Source: a virus
Taxonomy: Duplodnaviria; Caudoviricetes
Virus record (IMG/VR): IMGVR_UViG_3300020045_001526
Coordinates: 1-59,105 of that record
Direction: 5' to 3' (one strand)
DNA: 59,105 nt
The translations under genes were made by a program, and so were the position numbers. Below are positions 37,722-47,188 of the stretch, one piece after another; the stretch's first letter is position 1, and each line of letters begins with the position of its first letter. The notes beneath the pieces are model-generated. The model made no database searches, had not been told where the DNA came from, and worked only from the letters and a program-made list of their open reading frames with translations.

Positions 37722-40277
37722 TCAAATTTCCTCGAAACGGTAAGCCGATTTCCCATTTACCGAATATCCAATTAGCCGCCAAGTTGTCTCCCCACTTTTA
37801 TCCAAAAATGGAAGCTCTTTAACCGAGTTTAGAGCATATCCGCAGCGTGTAGTAAGGTCATTTCTGGGACGCTTACTAAGAATAGTAACCCAGGCTTCTT
37901 CCTCCGAGTCCGGCCCAATGTTCTGAGCTATATCGCTCGCTGCAAAATAGTTACCCGATTTACTCAGTTTATTCCTTACGCCAGAATGCCACAATCCTAA
38001 CGCAAACTCCAAAAAGTTATAGCGAGATTCTTCCGTTGAATCAATAGTACGGTCGGTATCTTCGCTTACCGGAGGCGCGATGTCGATATTCATAGTCAGC
38101 ATTATAGTACGACGCACCATACGATCCCACGTCTTGAAACGATGAGTAGGTTTCCAGTTACCGTCTGGTTGCTCCATAGCCCATTTAATTAGGCTAATCC
38201 CCGCACTAATAATGTCACCTCTTTTACCAAAGGTGTAACCTACAATGTCCATGTGCTTAAATTTACGACTAGGATCCACGGTAGTTCGAGCGAGGCGGAT
38301 AAACACACTACGAGTTTGCAAGTCTAGTGCAGGAGAGGTATTAACTCCGTTCAACAGGAACATGGTCTTGTTAGGTACGCTACGAGTTTCATTCTTACCT
38401 AGGATACGAAACTCCGGATTAGTCGAGGTTAGAGTTTCCGTCAAGGAAGGTGAACGAAACTCCCCGTCATGATTATCCAAAGTAACCACGCGCCGACCTC
38501 TACTGAGAATGGCTGAGAGTTGCTTCTCTTGCTCCTCGTCGTTGCCGCCTCTAGAGAGCTGACCTATAGACGTTTCTACTCCCGCTGAGGCCGCGATAAG
38601 TCCGCTCAGGACGCTTTTACCGTCGCTATATTGGGACGAAGTTATAACATACATCGGACAAATGTCCAGTACCGGGCGAATCCCCGCCGTTAATATAGCC
38701 GACATAGCGGAAGCGCGATAGCGAGGAGACACGAAAGGAAAGTCGGACAGTAGGTCTTCCAGTAGAGGAATAGCTTCATCCCGATACATGTTACGGACTG
38801 AAAACTCCGAGGAAAAGAACAACTTCAAATCTGCGTCGTATCCCCAAGTGTCTTGTATAATCTTTCCCGTAGGAGTAATCAACGGCGTATTACTCACACC
38901 GACCAATACCGGCAGCGTTCCCTTGTAGGTGGAAGGATCTGCTATTTCTAACGCCAAAGACGTAGGACACTTAATGTCATGATCGGTCATCACTCCGGTC
39001 GCTTTATCAATAACCGATTGCGTGAATCGTATTTCTCGAGTAAGCCAAGACGCCGCATTCACGCTCTTGTCCAACGGTACGATAACCGCCGAACCTTCGT
39101 TCTTAGTCACCACGCAGGTTTGCCCGGACATCTGGTAGAACTTTTCCGTCTTAGCCATCGCGTCAATAGTTAAGTCCGCCCATTTAGGTTCGTGCGAACT
39201 GATAATCCTAACTGCCGGACGCTCGTCTAGTTCTCCTTCTCCACCGTACTTTAGGAGTTTGGATAGCCATTTGCACAACTTCTTAGACCACCGATCGGAA
39301 TCCCTAAGATAGCCGATACCCGCTGCCGATCCAGACTTGTCAATATGCGACTGAGTAGTAGTGATAGCATTTAACCGATCATACTCGTCGGTCTGTCCGG
39401 AAGCCCTAACGATATATTTGATAGACTTCTCTACGAGGTCGTTAGGCACTCCGGCGCACATCAGGAAGCCGCACCAATACATCATGTCTTCGTGAAACTT
39501 ACCGGACTTGAAATGCTCTACTGAGTAGTAAGAAGCTAAGGCCACCTTGACGCACAATCGTAGTTCTTTTTCGGTAGTGACCGGCAGTTCCCCCTTAGGG
39601 AGAGTCATCGTGTTACCCACCCAACGCACGCAGTCGATAATGTAACCACGTTTGTGATCAACGATAACGCTGCCCGGAGCCATCGTTTGACTGCCACCGT
39701 CTCCGGTGCGAACCTCTACCGAAGGAGTCTTAGCACCCTTTAACGCTGGGGGAGGGCCATTTTCGTTGAAGCTGCCTCCCTGCGAATCGGTAACTCGGTA
39801 AAGCCAATGTGCTATACGCTGCGTGCCCGTACCGTAGAACCGACCGAACCTAAATGGGGTAGGTGGGAGGAACTGGGGCAAAACGTCTATCATTTCGGGA
39901 ATGTCAATATCAATATCACAAACCCCATCACCCATGACGCCGGTCAGTATACCGATGTTAGAGTAACCTTTGAAGTCTTCTTTTTCCCTAACTTGGTTCT
40001 GCCAATCTTTTACCGTTCCGGGAGACTTAGAAGCGCGCTCAAGAAGTACGGGCTTGAACCCTAGTGAGGACAAGTCGGAAAAAGACTTGCGCACTAAGGC
40101 TTCGTGTTTGCTTTCGTCGTATCCTTCTTTCCTCAATCGGGCACAGGCTTCCGCGGAGGACAGCGCTTTCTCAACCAGAGTGAGCGTTGGTGACTTAGTT
40201 ATAGGTTCTGCGGGTTTTTCTGAAACTTGGACTGAAGTTGAATCTTCGTCTTCTTTATTGAAGGTGATCTTAGCCAT
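37722..40277 (-). CDS. Bifunctional primase-polymerase with C-terminal P-loop domain
   Basis: NIGILTG..DIDID..H.LY..QTMAPGS (prim-pol); SDGKS and LDN in the C-terminal domain. Confidence 0.8.
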   Translation of the reverse strand: MAKITFNKEDEDSTSVQVSEKPAEPITKSPTLTLVEKALSSAEACARLRKEGYDESKHEALVRKSFSDLSSLGFKPVLLERASKSPGTVKDWQNQVREKEDFKGYSNIGILTGVMGDGVCDIDIDIPEMIDVLPQFLPPTPFRFGRFYGTGTQRIAHWLYRVTDSQGGSFNENGPPPALKGAKTPSVEVRTGDGGSQTMAPGSVIVDHKRGYIIDCVRWVGNTMTLPKGELPVTTEKELRLCVKVALASYYSVEHFKSGKFHEDMMYWCGFLMCAGVPNDLVEKSIKYIVRASGQTDEYDRLNAITTTQSHIDKSGSAAGIGYLRDSDRWSKKLCKWLSKLLKYGGEGELDERPAVRIISSHEPKWADLTIDAMAKTEKFYQMSGQTCVVTKNEGSAVIVPLDKSVNAASWLTREIRFTQSVIDKATGVMTDHDIKCPTSLALEIADPSTYKGTLPVLVGVSNTPLITPTGKIIQDTWGYDADLKLFFSSEFSVRNMYRDEAIPLLEDLLSDFPFVSPRYRASAMSAILTAGIRPVLDICPMYVITSSQYSDGKSVLSGLIAASAGVETSIGQLSRGGNDEEQEKQLSAILSRGRRVVTLDNHDGEFRSPSLTETLTSTNPEFRILGKNETRSVPNKTMFLLNGVNTSPALDLQTRSVFIRLARTTVDPSRKFKHMDIVGYTFGKRGDIISAGISLIKWAMEQPDGNWKPTHRFKTWDRMVRRTIMLTMNIDIAPPVSEDTDRTIDSTEESRYNFLEFALGLWHSGVRNKLSKSGNYFAASDIAQNIGPDSEEEAWVTILSKRPRNDLTTRCGYALNSVKELPFLDKSGETTWRLIGYSVNGKSAYRFEEI

Positions 40278-40282
40278 TATTA

Positions 40283-40400
40283 CCCCTGATGTTCTATGAT
40301 TATCCCCTGATGGTAAAAAGGTGCGCCCGTAACTTGACTAATAGACAGGGGAATCCATTATCGTTTTCAAGACTGGATCAGAGCCTCGGTTACGGGCGCA
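40283..40400 (-). ncRNA. Putative antisense/leader RNA controlling primase translation
   Basis: 12-bp stem 40322-40333/40389-40400 enclosing CCCCUG, complementary to two CAGGGG copies before the start codon. Confidence 0.5.
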
Positions 40401-40407
40401 GGGTACA

Positions 40408-40436
40408 ACTATACGCTTTATGTGTTATAAAAGCAA
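40408..40436 (-). promoter_or_regulatory. Promoter TTGCTT-N17-TATAGT
   Basis: 17-bp spacing, just upstream of the structured leader. Confidence 0.55.
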
Positions 40437-40447
40437 CTTCTACTCGG

Positions 40448-41965
40448 TCAGAAGTGCTCCTTCAGTACTTCCGCGTACTTACCTTTCTTGCGAATAGTCA
40501 GAGTGCGCGGCTCCGGCAAACCCCAGCACATAACCTTAGCGCGTTCAGCTGAATACGGAGCTTGAACCCCGCGTAGCGCGAACCATTCTTCGGCCTTCTT
40601 GCGCGCCCATCCGTCGTACTCTACACAAATGAATTGGTTTGCACTAACTAACGCTCCACCCTCTATCTGGCATTCGTAAGCGACCATCAGCAACTGCTTA
40701 CCGGCGATGCTCTTGCTGTTGATTACGATATAGACTATATTGCGCACCAACCCTTCCATACCACTCGGAGAAGCGAGCATGGGATCCAAGTCGGTGATTA
40801 AGTCTCCGTGCTTCACTCCTCGAGGCTTAGGCGCTTTGGGTTTGCGTATCTTTCCTTTTACTAACGAGCCGTCTGCTCGCTCTTGTACAAAATCGGCTTC
40901 GGAACTTATGCCTCCAAGCCTAGATAGATTACCCGCCACATCAATGACTAAGCAGTCCGTCTTACCTGGATAGTTTCTAACCCCACGACCTAGTTTCTGG
41001 ATATGTTTACCTAGAGATTCAGTAGGAGCGCAATCCACTATGCAATCTATCGCTGGATTATCGTAACCTACGGTGAGGATCTGACAGTTAGCCATAATAG
41101 TAAATTCACCCGCCTCCCATCGCTTCAGTCGGTCTTCTCTTTCACTGTCTCCACCATGAACGTATTCCGCCGATATGCCTATTTCTACAGCTAACTTAGC
41201 AACTAACTCAGCAGTGCGAACCGTAGGAGTAAAGATTAATATGGTCTTGCGTCCAGTAGCAAGCCTATTAACGTTAGCTAACACTTCCCGTAACCAGGCT
41301 TCAGTCATACGCTCATCAACTTCTTTGGTGTCGAAGTCACCGTTAGAGCGATGAACCCCTTCCAAATTAAGTTGGACTGCCGCCGCTATACCTTTAAGCG
41401 GAGTGAGGTATCCCAATTCAATCAGTTCTTTAACTGTTATCTCGATAGCCAGATCGTCAAAGTGACATCCTTCGCCTTCGTACACTAATCCTTTGTCTAG
41501 CCTGTAGGGTGTCGCGCTGAGACCAATCTTTCTAGCATTAGGAAAATGGTTCATTAGCGTGTTGTACATCTTAGCTTCAGAACCTTTGTGAGCTACGTTT
41601 TGCACCTCATCAACGATAATAGCGTCCAAGTCGCTAGGCAGCTTATCTAGGTTTCGATACAGGGTCTGTATGGTTCCGTATGTAGAGGATGTTCCCACCG
41701 CACTGTGACCTAGGCCTGAGCAATACACTCCGACCCCCTCTAATCCAGCGTACTTGCGTAAGGATATCATGTTTTGAACTACAAGCTCTTTGCTATTTGT
41801 TAGAACTAGTGACTTACCACCCCGTGAGCGAAACCTATCTACTAGCATAGAAATCAAAAGTGATTTTCCCCCACCTGTAGCAACTGCGGCGGCAGGATTG
41901 TTACCTCTACATAGGGAATCAAGCAACGCCTCGTAAGCTCTCAGTTGATAGTCGCGAGGGATCAT
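40448..41965 (-). CDS. SF2 (RadD/YejH-like) DNA helicase
   Basis: PRDYQ, ATGGGKS, IVDEVQ, SATPYR, TVGYD and QKLGRGVR motifs. Confidence 0.9.
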   Translation of the reverse strand: MIPRDYQLRAYEALLDSLCRGNNPAAAVATGGGKSLLISMLVDRFRSRGGKSLVLTNSKELVVQNMISLRKYAGLEGVGVYCSGLGHSAVGTSSTYGTIQTLYRNLDKLPSDLDAIIVDEVQNVAHKGSEAKMYNTLMNHFPNARKIGLSATPYRLDKGLVYEGEGCHFDDLAIEITVKELIELGYLTPLKGIAAAVQLNLEGVHRSNGDFDTKEVDERMTEAWLREVLANVNRLATGRKTILIFTPTVRTAELVAKLAVEIGISAEYVHGGDSEREDRLKRWEAGEFTIMANCQILTVGYDNPAIDCIVDCAPTESLGKHIQKLGRGVRNYPGKTDCLVIDVAGNLSRLGGISSEADFVQERADGSLVKGKIRKPKAPKPRGVKHGDLITDLDPMLASPSGMEGLVRNIVYIVINSKSIAGKQLLMVAYECQIEGGALVSANQFICVEYDGWARKKAEEWFALRGVQAPYSAERAKVMCWGLPEPRTLTIRKKGKYAEVLKEHF

Positions 41966-42081
41966 AGTTTAGTCTTTCCCGTATGTCCCGTTTTCTTATG
42001 GTGTCGCTCGGTATATCCTTCAGGCTTAGCTCTCGAGCGCGCTTTTGTTATTAAGCTATCGTAGTGCTTCTGGTAATCCAT
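41962..42081 (-). pseudogene. Truncated HNH endonuclease N-terminus
   Basis: MDYQKHYDSLI.KARSR...GYTERHH then an abrupt end. Confidence 0.6.
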
Positions 42082-42097
42082 GTTCTTCTCCAAAAAG

Positions 42098-42202
42098 AAG
42101 GCTTCACCTGACCTCTCATCCTTGCGGAAGTTGGAATAACGAGTTGGCACTCGCCAGAGGTCATGTGAAGCCTTGCCAAGTTAAGTCGGATTCCAAGCCG
42201 AC
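42098..42202 (-). ncRNA. c4/CI-like antisense RNA with upstream target sites
   Basis: 18/19-bp stem 42098-42116/42156-42174 enclosing UGCCAA and UUCCAA, complementary to upstream UUGGCA and UUGGAA; GCAA tetraloop. Confidence 0.6.
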
Positions 42203-42209
42203 AACCTAT

Positions 42210-42297
42210 AGTTTACTCGCTTTCTTTCAACAACGCAAATTATTTTAACTATGGGGGCAAAATAATTGTTGCCTTTTTAAACAATGGGGGCTATACT
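42210..42297. promoter_or_regulatory. Divergent promoter region with two ATGGGGGC boxes
   Basis: Minus strand TTGCGT-N17-TAAACT (42238-42210); plus strand TTGCCT-N17-TATACT (42269-42297); boxes at 42251 and 42284. Confidence 0.6.
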
Positions 42298-42348
42298 GGG
42301 TTCAGCTGCATCGAATAGTATCGATAACTTGATAACTTGGAGACTCAC

Positions 42349-43215
42349 ATGCCTTCCTTCTCGACCCGAACCGCCGCCCTCCGCAGCCTTAAGGACATAT
42401 CGACCGAAGCCGTTATGCATGCCAAACAACTTATCACCGAACAAGACGGCAAGTTCTTCTTCGACGAAGACGCCGCTGAACAGTTCCTTAACACCCAAGA
42501 CAACCTCGCTAACGCAAACCTGGAGAATAACATGACCACCATCACCCTCGAAAACCTGAAGACCGTCACCACCGCCGAACTCGTGACCTTCTACAACGAT
42601 CATGCCGAATCATCCGTCAAGAAGTTCCGTGACCGCGCTACCGCCGAGAAGAAGGTTCAAGTCATCCTGGAAGCTATCGAAGCTGACGAGGCCAACGGTA
42701 ACATGAACGAGGACTTCCCAGACGGCACCGACGTCGAAGAAATGAAGGTTGAAGCTGCCACCAAGTCGGCTCCCAAGATGATGTCCCTGGCTGACACCGA
42801 AGCCTTCGCTCAGAGCCTAGTTGCCAACAAGAACAAGAACGCTCCCAAGTCAATCCTTGGCGATATGCTGAAAGCTGCCACGGTGGTTACTGATGACTTC
42901 GCCAAGGTTACTGAAGCGGAACACAAATTTCATCGTGGCGAGAAAGACGCACCGATGGTCAAGACTACCTCCGAAGGCCGCACGGTTAGCGACACCCAAG
43001 CCGAGACGATGAAGACTACGCTGAAGCTGGACCGTACGATTGTGTGTGGTAATGAAGAATGGAAGAATGCCTTCCAAATGTGGAAAGAGCACACCGACTG
43101 GATGACTTCTGCTCAGCAAGACGGCTTGACTGCCAAACTGTACAAGGCTGCTAAGAATGGTGAGAAGATCGAAGTCACGATCAATGGTCGTACCTTCTAC
43201 CTCAAGAACGTCTAG
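42349..43215 (+). CDS. First early gene, hypothetical protein (possible internal start at 42532)
   Basis: RBS GGAG at both starts; strongly biased codons; hairpin GGAGC-TCCG-GCTCC after the stop. Confidence 0.7.
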   Translation: MPSFSTRTAALRSLKDISTEAVMHAKQLITEQDGKFFFDEDAAEQFLNTQDNLANANLENNMTTITLENLKTVTTAELVTFYNDHAESSVKKFRDRATAEKKVQVILEAIEADEANGNMNEDFPDGTDVEEMKVEAATKSAPKMMSLADTEAFAQSLVANKNKNAPKSILGDMLKAATVVTDDFAKVTEAEHKFHRGEKDAPMVKTTSEGRTVSDTQAETMKTTLKLDRTIVCGNEEWKNAFQMWKEHTDWMTSAQQDGLTAKLYKAAKNGEKIEVTINGRTFYLKNV

Positions 43216-43357
43216 TAAACCCTGGAGCTCCGGCTCCCGTTAATCAATAACGGAGATACACATGAACATTTCTATCAGCTTATTGGCCGTACGATATGCG
43301 ATTCATAGTCGTCGCGCCGTGATCATACCCATTGACGTTTTTCTGTGGATGCTTTAA

Positions 43358-43801
43358 ATGAACATCTTCATCCTAGACCGAGACCCGGTCCTCGCTGCTC
43401 AAATGCAATGTGACAAGCATGTTGTCAAGATGGTGTTGGAGTCAGCTCAGATAATGTCTACTATCAAAGGCGGCCCGTACAAACCCACCCATAAGAACCA
43501 CCCCTGTGTACTGTGGGCAACAAATGAAGACAATTATAACTGGTTGAGCGAACATGGATTAGCTTTGTGTAAAGAGTATACCTATCGCTATGGCAAACGG
43601 CACAAGTGCCAAGACGTCATAGAGAGCCTTGCTCCAGATTATAACTATGATGATGCTATTAACAACTTCGTTCAGTGTATGCCCGACGAGTACAAGTGCG
43701 AAGACCCGGTAGAGGCTTACCGTAACTATTATCGCGGCGCTAAGAGTGGTTTCGCCGTTTGGACTAAACGTGAAGTGCCTTTTTGGTGGAGTACGAAATG
43801 A
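43358..43801 (+). CDS. Pyrimidine-dimer DNA glycosylase-like (DenV/Pyr_excise) protein
   Basis: MNIF.LD.DP..AAQ..CDKHVVKM.LESAQ, HKNHPC..W and EY..RYGK.H motifs. Confidence 0.8.
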   Translation: MNIFILDRDPVLAAQMQCDKHVVKMVLESAQIMSTIKGGPYKPTHKNHPCVLWATNEDNYNWLSEHGLALCKEYTYRYGKRHKCQDVIESLAPDYNYDDAINNFVQCMPDEYKCEDPVEAYRNYYRGAKSGFAVWTKREVPFWWSTK

Positions 43802-44004
43802 CTTTCACTGGGAAACGCTATTCGGCTTCTGAACCAGATCCTCGCGCCCATATTAACCCTCGCACCGGGCAACAAGTTGGCGAGATATCCTACACACCTA
43901 TGAAACGGTGCGACTTCTGCGGTAACCGCGTTAATATGGATACCCTGGACGAGCACAATGCTTGCCCAGACTGCCATCAAGAACCTGAATGGAAAGATCG
44001 ATAA
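43798..44004 (+). CDS. Small zinc-finger protein
   Basis: CDFC..CPDC; ATGA-coupled. Confidence 0.5.
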   Translation: MTFTGKRYSASEPDPRAHINPRTGQQVGEISYTPMKRCDFCGNRVNMDTLDEHNACPDCHQEPEWKDR

Positions 44005-44207
44005 TGAGACTCATCTCAACAACTATCGGCGGTAATTGCCACGAAGCAGTCATCGCTATCAACAAGCTCAACCTCGCGCGCTTCGTCCTCTGTATGGAGC
44101 GTGCTGGGTCAAACTACACGAACGTGGTGTTCCGTACCTGCGGGCCTGATGAGTGGCACTTCGTGCGCAAGGTGCTGGGACAAACCGAACGGGAGTACGA
44201 CGAATGA
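44004..44207 (+). CDS. Hypothetical protein
   Basis: TAATG-coupled ORF. Confidence 0.5.
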   Translation: MRLISTTIGGNCHEAVIAINKLNLARFVLCMERAGSNYTNVVFRTCGPDEWHFVRKVLGQTEREYDE

Positions 44208-44561
44208 AAATCAAAACGTCTGACCGGGCCTGCGCTTGATTTTGCGGTGGCGAAGTGCAATGGTCATGAATGTTCGGAGCAGAGCAACAATCCGTTCATG
44301 TTCAAATGGAGCACCGGAGGACTCCCGCATTGTTCAACTGACTGGGCGCATGGTGGCCCGATCATCGATAAACACATCGTCGAGATGATTCGGATGCAGC
44401 ACGGAACCAATGGCCCAATTGAGTTTGAGGCCCGTGCGGGATTCGAGGACGAGCCTGGACATGCAATTCAATACGGCTCAACGTACCTGATCGCAGCCAT
44501 GCGCTGCTTCGTCGCCTTGAAGCTGGGCGATGAGATTGACATACCGGATGAACTACGATAA
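44204..44561 (+). pseudogene. NinX/DUF2591-like gene with frameshift near the 5' end
   Basis: MKIKTS in one frame; TGPALDFAVAKC..STDWAHGGPII..LIAAMRCFVA.KLG in another. Confidence 0.6.
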
Positions 44562-44613
44562 CTATATTATCAAATCCGTAAACACATAGCACCAACCTAT
44601 CTAGGAGCACTAA

Positions 44614-45147
44614 ATGGAACACAAAAAAGACTACAGCCTGCTGCGCCCGTTTGATTTGGAAGCGGCGAAGCGTGGGGATAAGATTCATTGGTCAAATATC
44701 CCTGACGACGTTGCATATATTGGAGTAACAAGCGCTGGATATATTGCTTATGAGACTGGAAATGAATCAAGTTTTTGCTCATCTTCATCTTTCCGCATGT
44801 CACCACTTGCATGGGTCGAAGGACGGCCGGTTTATAAGGGGGATGTGCTTTACTACAAAAAAGAAGGATTTGGTATCTCTGTTGAAGGCTATAACCCAAA
44901 CATTGAACAAAAAACAGGATTTATTGGAGAAGTTGTAACCGAATCAAAGTTGTATAATAAGGGGCATAAAACATGGGCTCCATTTGATTGTTGGTCCTGG
45001 ACAAAACCAAAACAAAAACGCGAAGGGTGGGTTAATCTTTATCCTAACGACGTAATGGGGAATTATCGTTTTAATTCACGTCAAGATGCTACTGATTGTT
45101 CAAGTTCTGATGTGATTGATACTGTAAAAATCACCTGGGAAGAATAA
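44614..45147 (+). CDS. Hypothetical protein
   Basis: RBS AGGAG; PFDLEAAKRG and REGWVNLY motifs common in phage early proteins. Confidence 0.65.
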   Translation: MEHKKDYSLLRPFDLEAAKRGDKIHWSNIPDDVAYIGVTSAGYIAYETGNESSFCSSSSFRMSPLAWVEGRPVYKGDVLYYKKEGFGISVEGYNPNIEQKTGFIGEVVTESKLYNKGHKTWAPFDCWSWTKPKQKREGWVNLYPNDVMGNYRFNSRQDATDCSSSDVIDTVKITWEE

Positions 45148-45319
45148 TCATGCCAATCGGTAATGGAGAGAAAGTAACCATCTCTGACTGCGGGAAGGCT
45201 CTAGACGAGATTAAGCGAGAAATAGATAGGCTATCCCTGCAACAACGAGAAATAGAGCGTCGCAAGGAGGCTCTGCTTACTCAAGGGCTTATTATTAACG
45301 AACTGGTAAGGAGAATAGC

Positions 45320-45577
45320 ATGAGTACGTTACGTTACAAGATCGAGGTAATGCTAGCCTATGAAGATAGTAGTGACATTGAATCGCGTAACGATAAGGAG
45401 TGGAGTGAAGCACCAACACCAGACTGGAATTGGGAAGACCGAGACTACCGGGTTAAACCCCAAAGGACAAAGATGTACGCTTACATGAATGGTGCCCAAC
45501 TGGTGTGGTATGCATCGCCGAGTATGGGTTATAAGCGCGTACCCGCAGAGGACAAAACTATCGAGGTGGAAGCATGA
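45320..45577 (+). CDS. Hypothetical protein
   Basis: RBS AAGGAG; P.WNW...DYRVKP motif. Confidence 0.6.
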   Translation: MSTLRYKIEVMLAYEDSSDIESRNDKEWSEAPTPDWNWEDRDYRVKPQRTKMYAYMNGAQLVWYASPSMGYKRVPAEDKTIEVEA

Positions 45578-45888
45578 AAAACTTGATGAACAAACGTGGG
45601 ACTCTGAACGTATCCAAGTTCCAAACGAAACCCAATCAACCTCGATTCTACGGCCGCGCCAGCTTGAATGGAGTGATGTACGAACTCAAAGGTTGGGAAA
45701 AGACCTCGCCGTCGGGAGAACCGTGGATCAGTATCCTGTTCGAAGAAGCTGGGGAAGAGTTTGAGAGCGCTAAGGCAACTCCGGCGACTCAATCCTCTAT
45801 GTTCTCTCAAGGAACTATCACGCCGGTACGGAGGCCGATCACCGCAACGCCACACATTTTGGACGACGATGACGATAATCCTTTTTGA
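45574..45888 (+). CDS. Small SSB-like protein (DUF736-type)
   Basis: QP.FYG...NG....L.GW.K motif; acidic DDDDDNPF tail. Confidence 0.55.
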   Translation: MKNLMNKRGTLNVSKFQTKPNQPRFYGRASLNGVMYELKGWEKTSPSGEPWISILFEEAGEEFESAKATPATQSSMFSQGTITPVRRPITATPHILDDDDDNPF

Positions 45889-45890
45889 GC

Positions 45891-45926
45891 TTTACTTTTT
45901 GCCCCCATTGAACTATAATGGGGGCA
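45891..45926 (+). promoter_or_regulatory. Promoter TTTACT-N17-TATAAT-GGGGGCA within the inverted repeat TGCCCCCATT/AATGGGGGCA
   Basis: Read directly; 10-bp inverted repeat 45900-45909/45917-45926. Confidence 0.8.
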
Positions 45927-45994
45927 TTGTAGCAAATAACGCTTGACAGACGCAATAGAACAGTTAGAATCAAGATTCACAAACGGAGGCCAAC

Positions 45995-46210
45995 ATGGCA
46001 AAGATTGACAAGCGTATTGATGAAATTCAAATGGATGAAGGCGAGTATTTTGTTTATCTCAAGCCTGGTTTTAAACTTGACCTTGGCACACCTACAGACT
46101 TTCAGCATTGCTTCGGCGCTCAGTTTAAGAAAGATATTCGAGAGCAAATGAAAGATGTGAAAAAATGCAAGTGCAAGTCTTGCTTAAAGATGCTGCAAAA
46201 TAACGATTGA
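45995..46210 (+). CDS. Hypothetical protein
   Basis: RBS GGAGG; C-terminal C.C..C. Confidence 0.6.
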   Translation: MAKIDKRIDEIQMDEGEYFVYLKPGFKLDLGTPTDFQHCFGAQFKKDIREQMKDVKKCKCKSCLKMLQNND

Positions 46211-46262
46211 CAGCGTTTGTCAGAGTACTAATATATAGTCTTACATCACGGAGACATACCAA

Positions 46263-46634
46263 ATGGACCATAACCCGCTTTATTGCATCGAAGAATCTGT
46301 AGCTGTGGTTGAATGCTATGTTGCCCACGGTTCCAATTGCTGCGCAATCAATCGCACACCATCGTACCGGATGATTCCACACGGAACTCGGCTATTCACG
46401 GAAAAACAGATTATTCAAGCCGTTGATTCGTTTAAATCTGAACTTCGCGAGAAAGGGACGATTGTAGAGGCCGACTTGCAAATCAAGATCGACCAACTTA
46501 AAGAACAGCGCGACGAGTTGCTTGAGGCTTCACAAAAAGCGTTGCAATATTTGCAAGATCGAGGTCTTGCTAATGGGCAGATTGGCGCTTCGCTTCATAA
46601 TGCAATCTCAAAGGCCACCAATCATGGAAACTAA
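46263..46634 (+). CDS. Hypothetical protein
   Basis: RBS CGGAGA; QRDELLEA..AISKAT C-terminus. Confidence 0.6.
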   Translation: MDHNPLYCIEESVAVVECYVAHGSNCCAINRTPSYRMIPHGTRLFTEKQIIQAVDSFKSELREKGTIVEADLQIKIDQLKEQRDELLEASQKALQYLQDRGLANGQIGASLHNAISKATNHGN

Positions 46635-46893
46635 ATTTACGAAGGGGCCGTGGTCAATAGAGTATGACGAAAGAGAAAGATATGGGACTGTTATTGTAAG
46701 CAATAGCACAGTGGCTGATATTTGCTACAGAGTAACATCAGAAGCCAACGCCCGACTAATCGCCGCTGCGCCTGAGTTGCTGGAGGCTTTGATTGAGGCA
46801 AGAGAGCAGTTGCAAGGCTACGCGAGTGCAGCAGGAGAATATTACAACAGCCCAATGATCAACGCAGCAATCGCCAAAGCAACCGGAGAATAG
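46624..46893 (+). CDS. Hypothetical protein
   Basis: FTKGPW...ANARLIAAAPELLEAL, a common phage early family. Confidence 0.65.
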   Translation: METKFTKGPWSIEYDERERYGTVIVSNSTVADICYRVTSEANARLIAAAPELLEALIEAREQLQGYASAAGEYYNSPMINAAIAKATGE

Positions 46894-46895
46894 AA

Positions 46896-47186
46896 ATGGC
46901 CGCCAAACTGACTCAAAAAGCTATCCGCGAACTGATCGACAACTACTTACTCGCCGATGTCGAGCTCAAGAAGATCGAGAAGTACAAAGAAAAGCTGAAA
47001 GCCGATCTCATCGCTCTCGGCGAAGGCGCTCACCTGGGGAACGCAGGGCAAGTTGATGTCTCTACTACCGAAACCTCTCGCTTGAACAACGACCTCCTGA
47101 AAGCGAAGTACGGGGAAGCCCTGGCTGACTGTTACAAGACTTCGAAGTCCGTTACCGTTCGTATCAAACTCTTTGACAAGGAATAG
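46896..47186 (+). CDS. Hypothetical protein
   Basis: RBS GGAG; helical N-terminus. Confidence 0.65.
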   Translation: MAAKLTQKAIRELIDNYLLADVELKKIEKYKEKLKADLIALGEGAHLGNAGQVDVSTTETSRLNNDLLKAKYGEALADCYKTSKSVTVRIKLFDKE

Positions 47187-47188
47187 AG

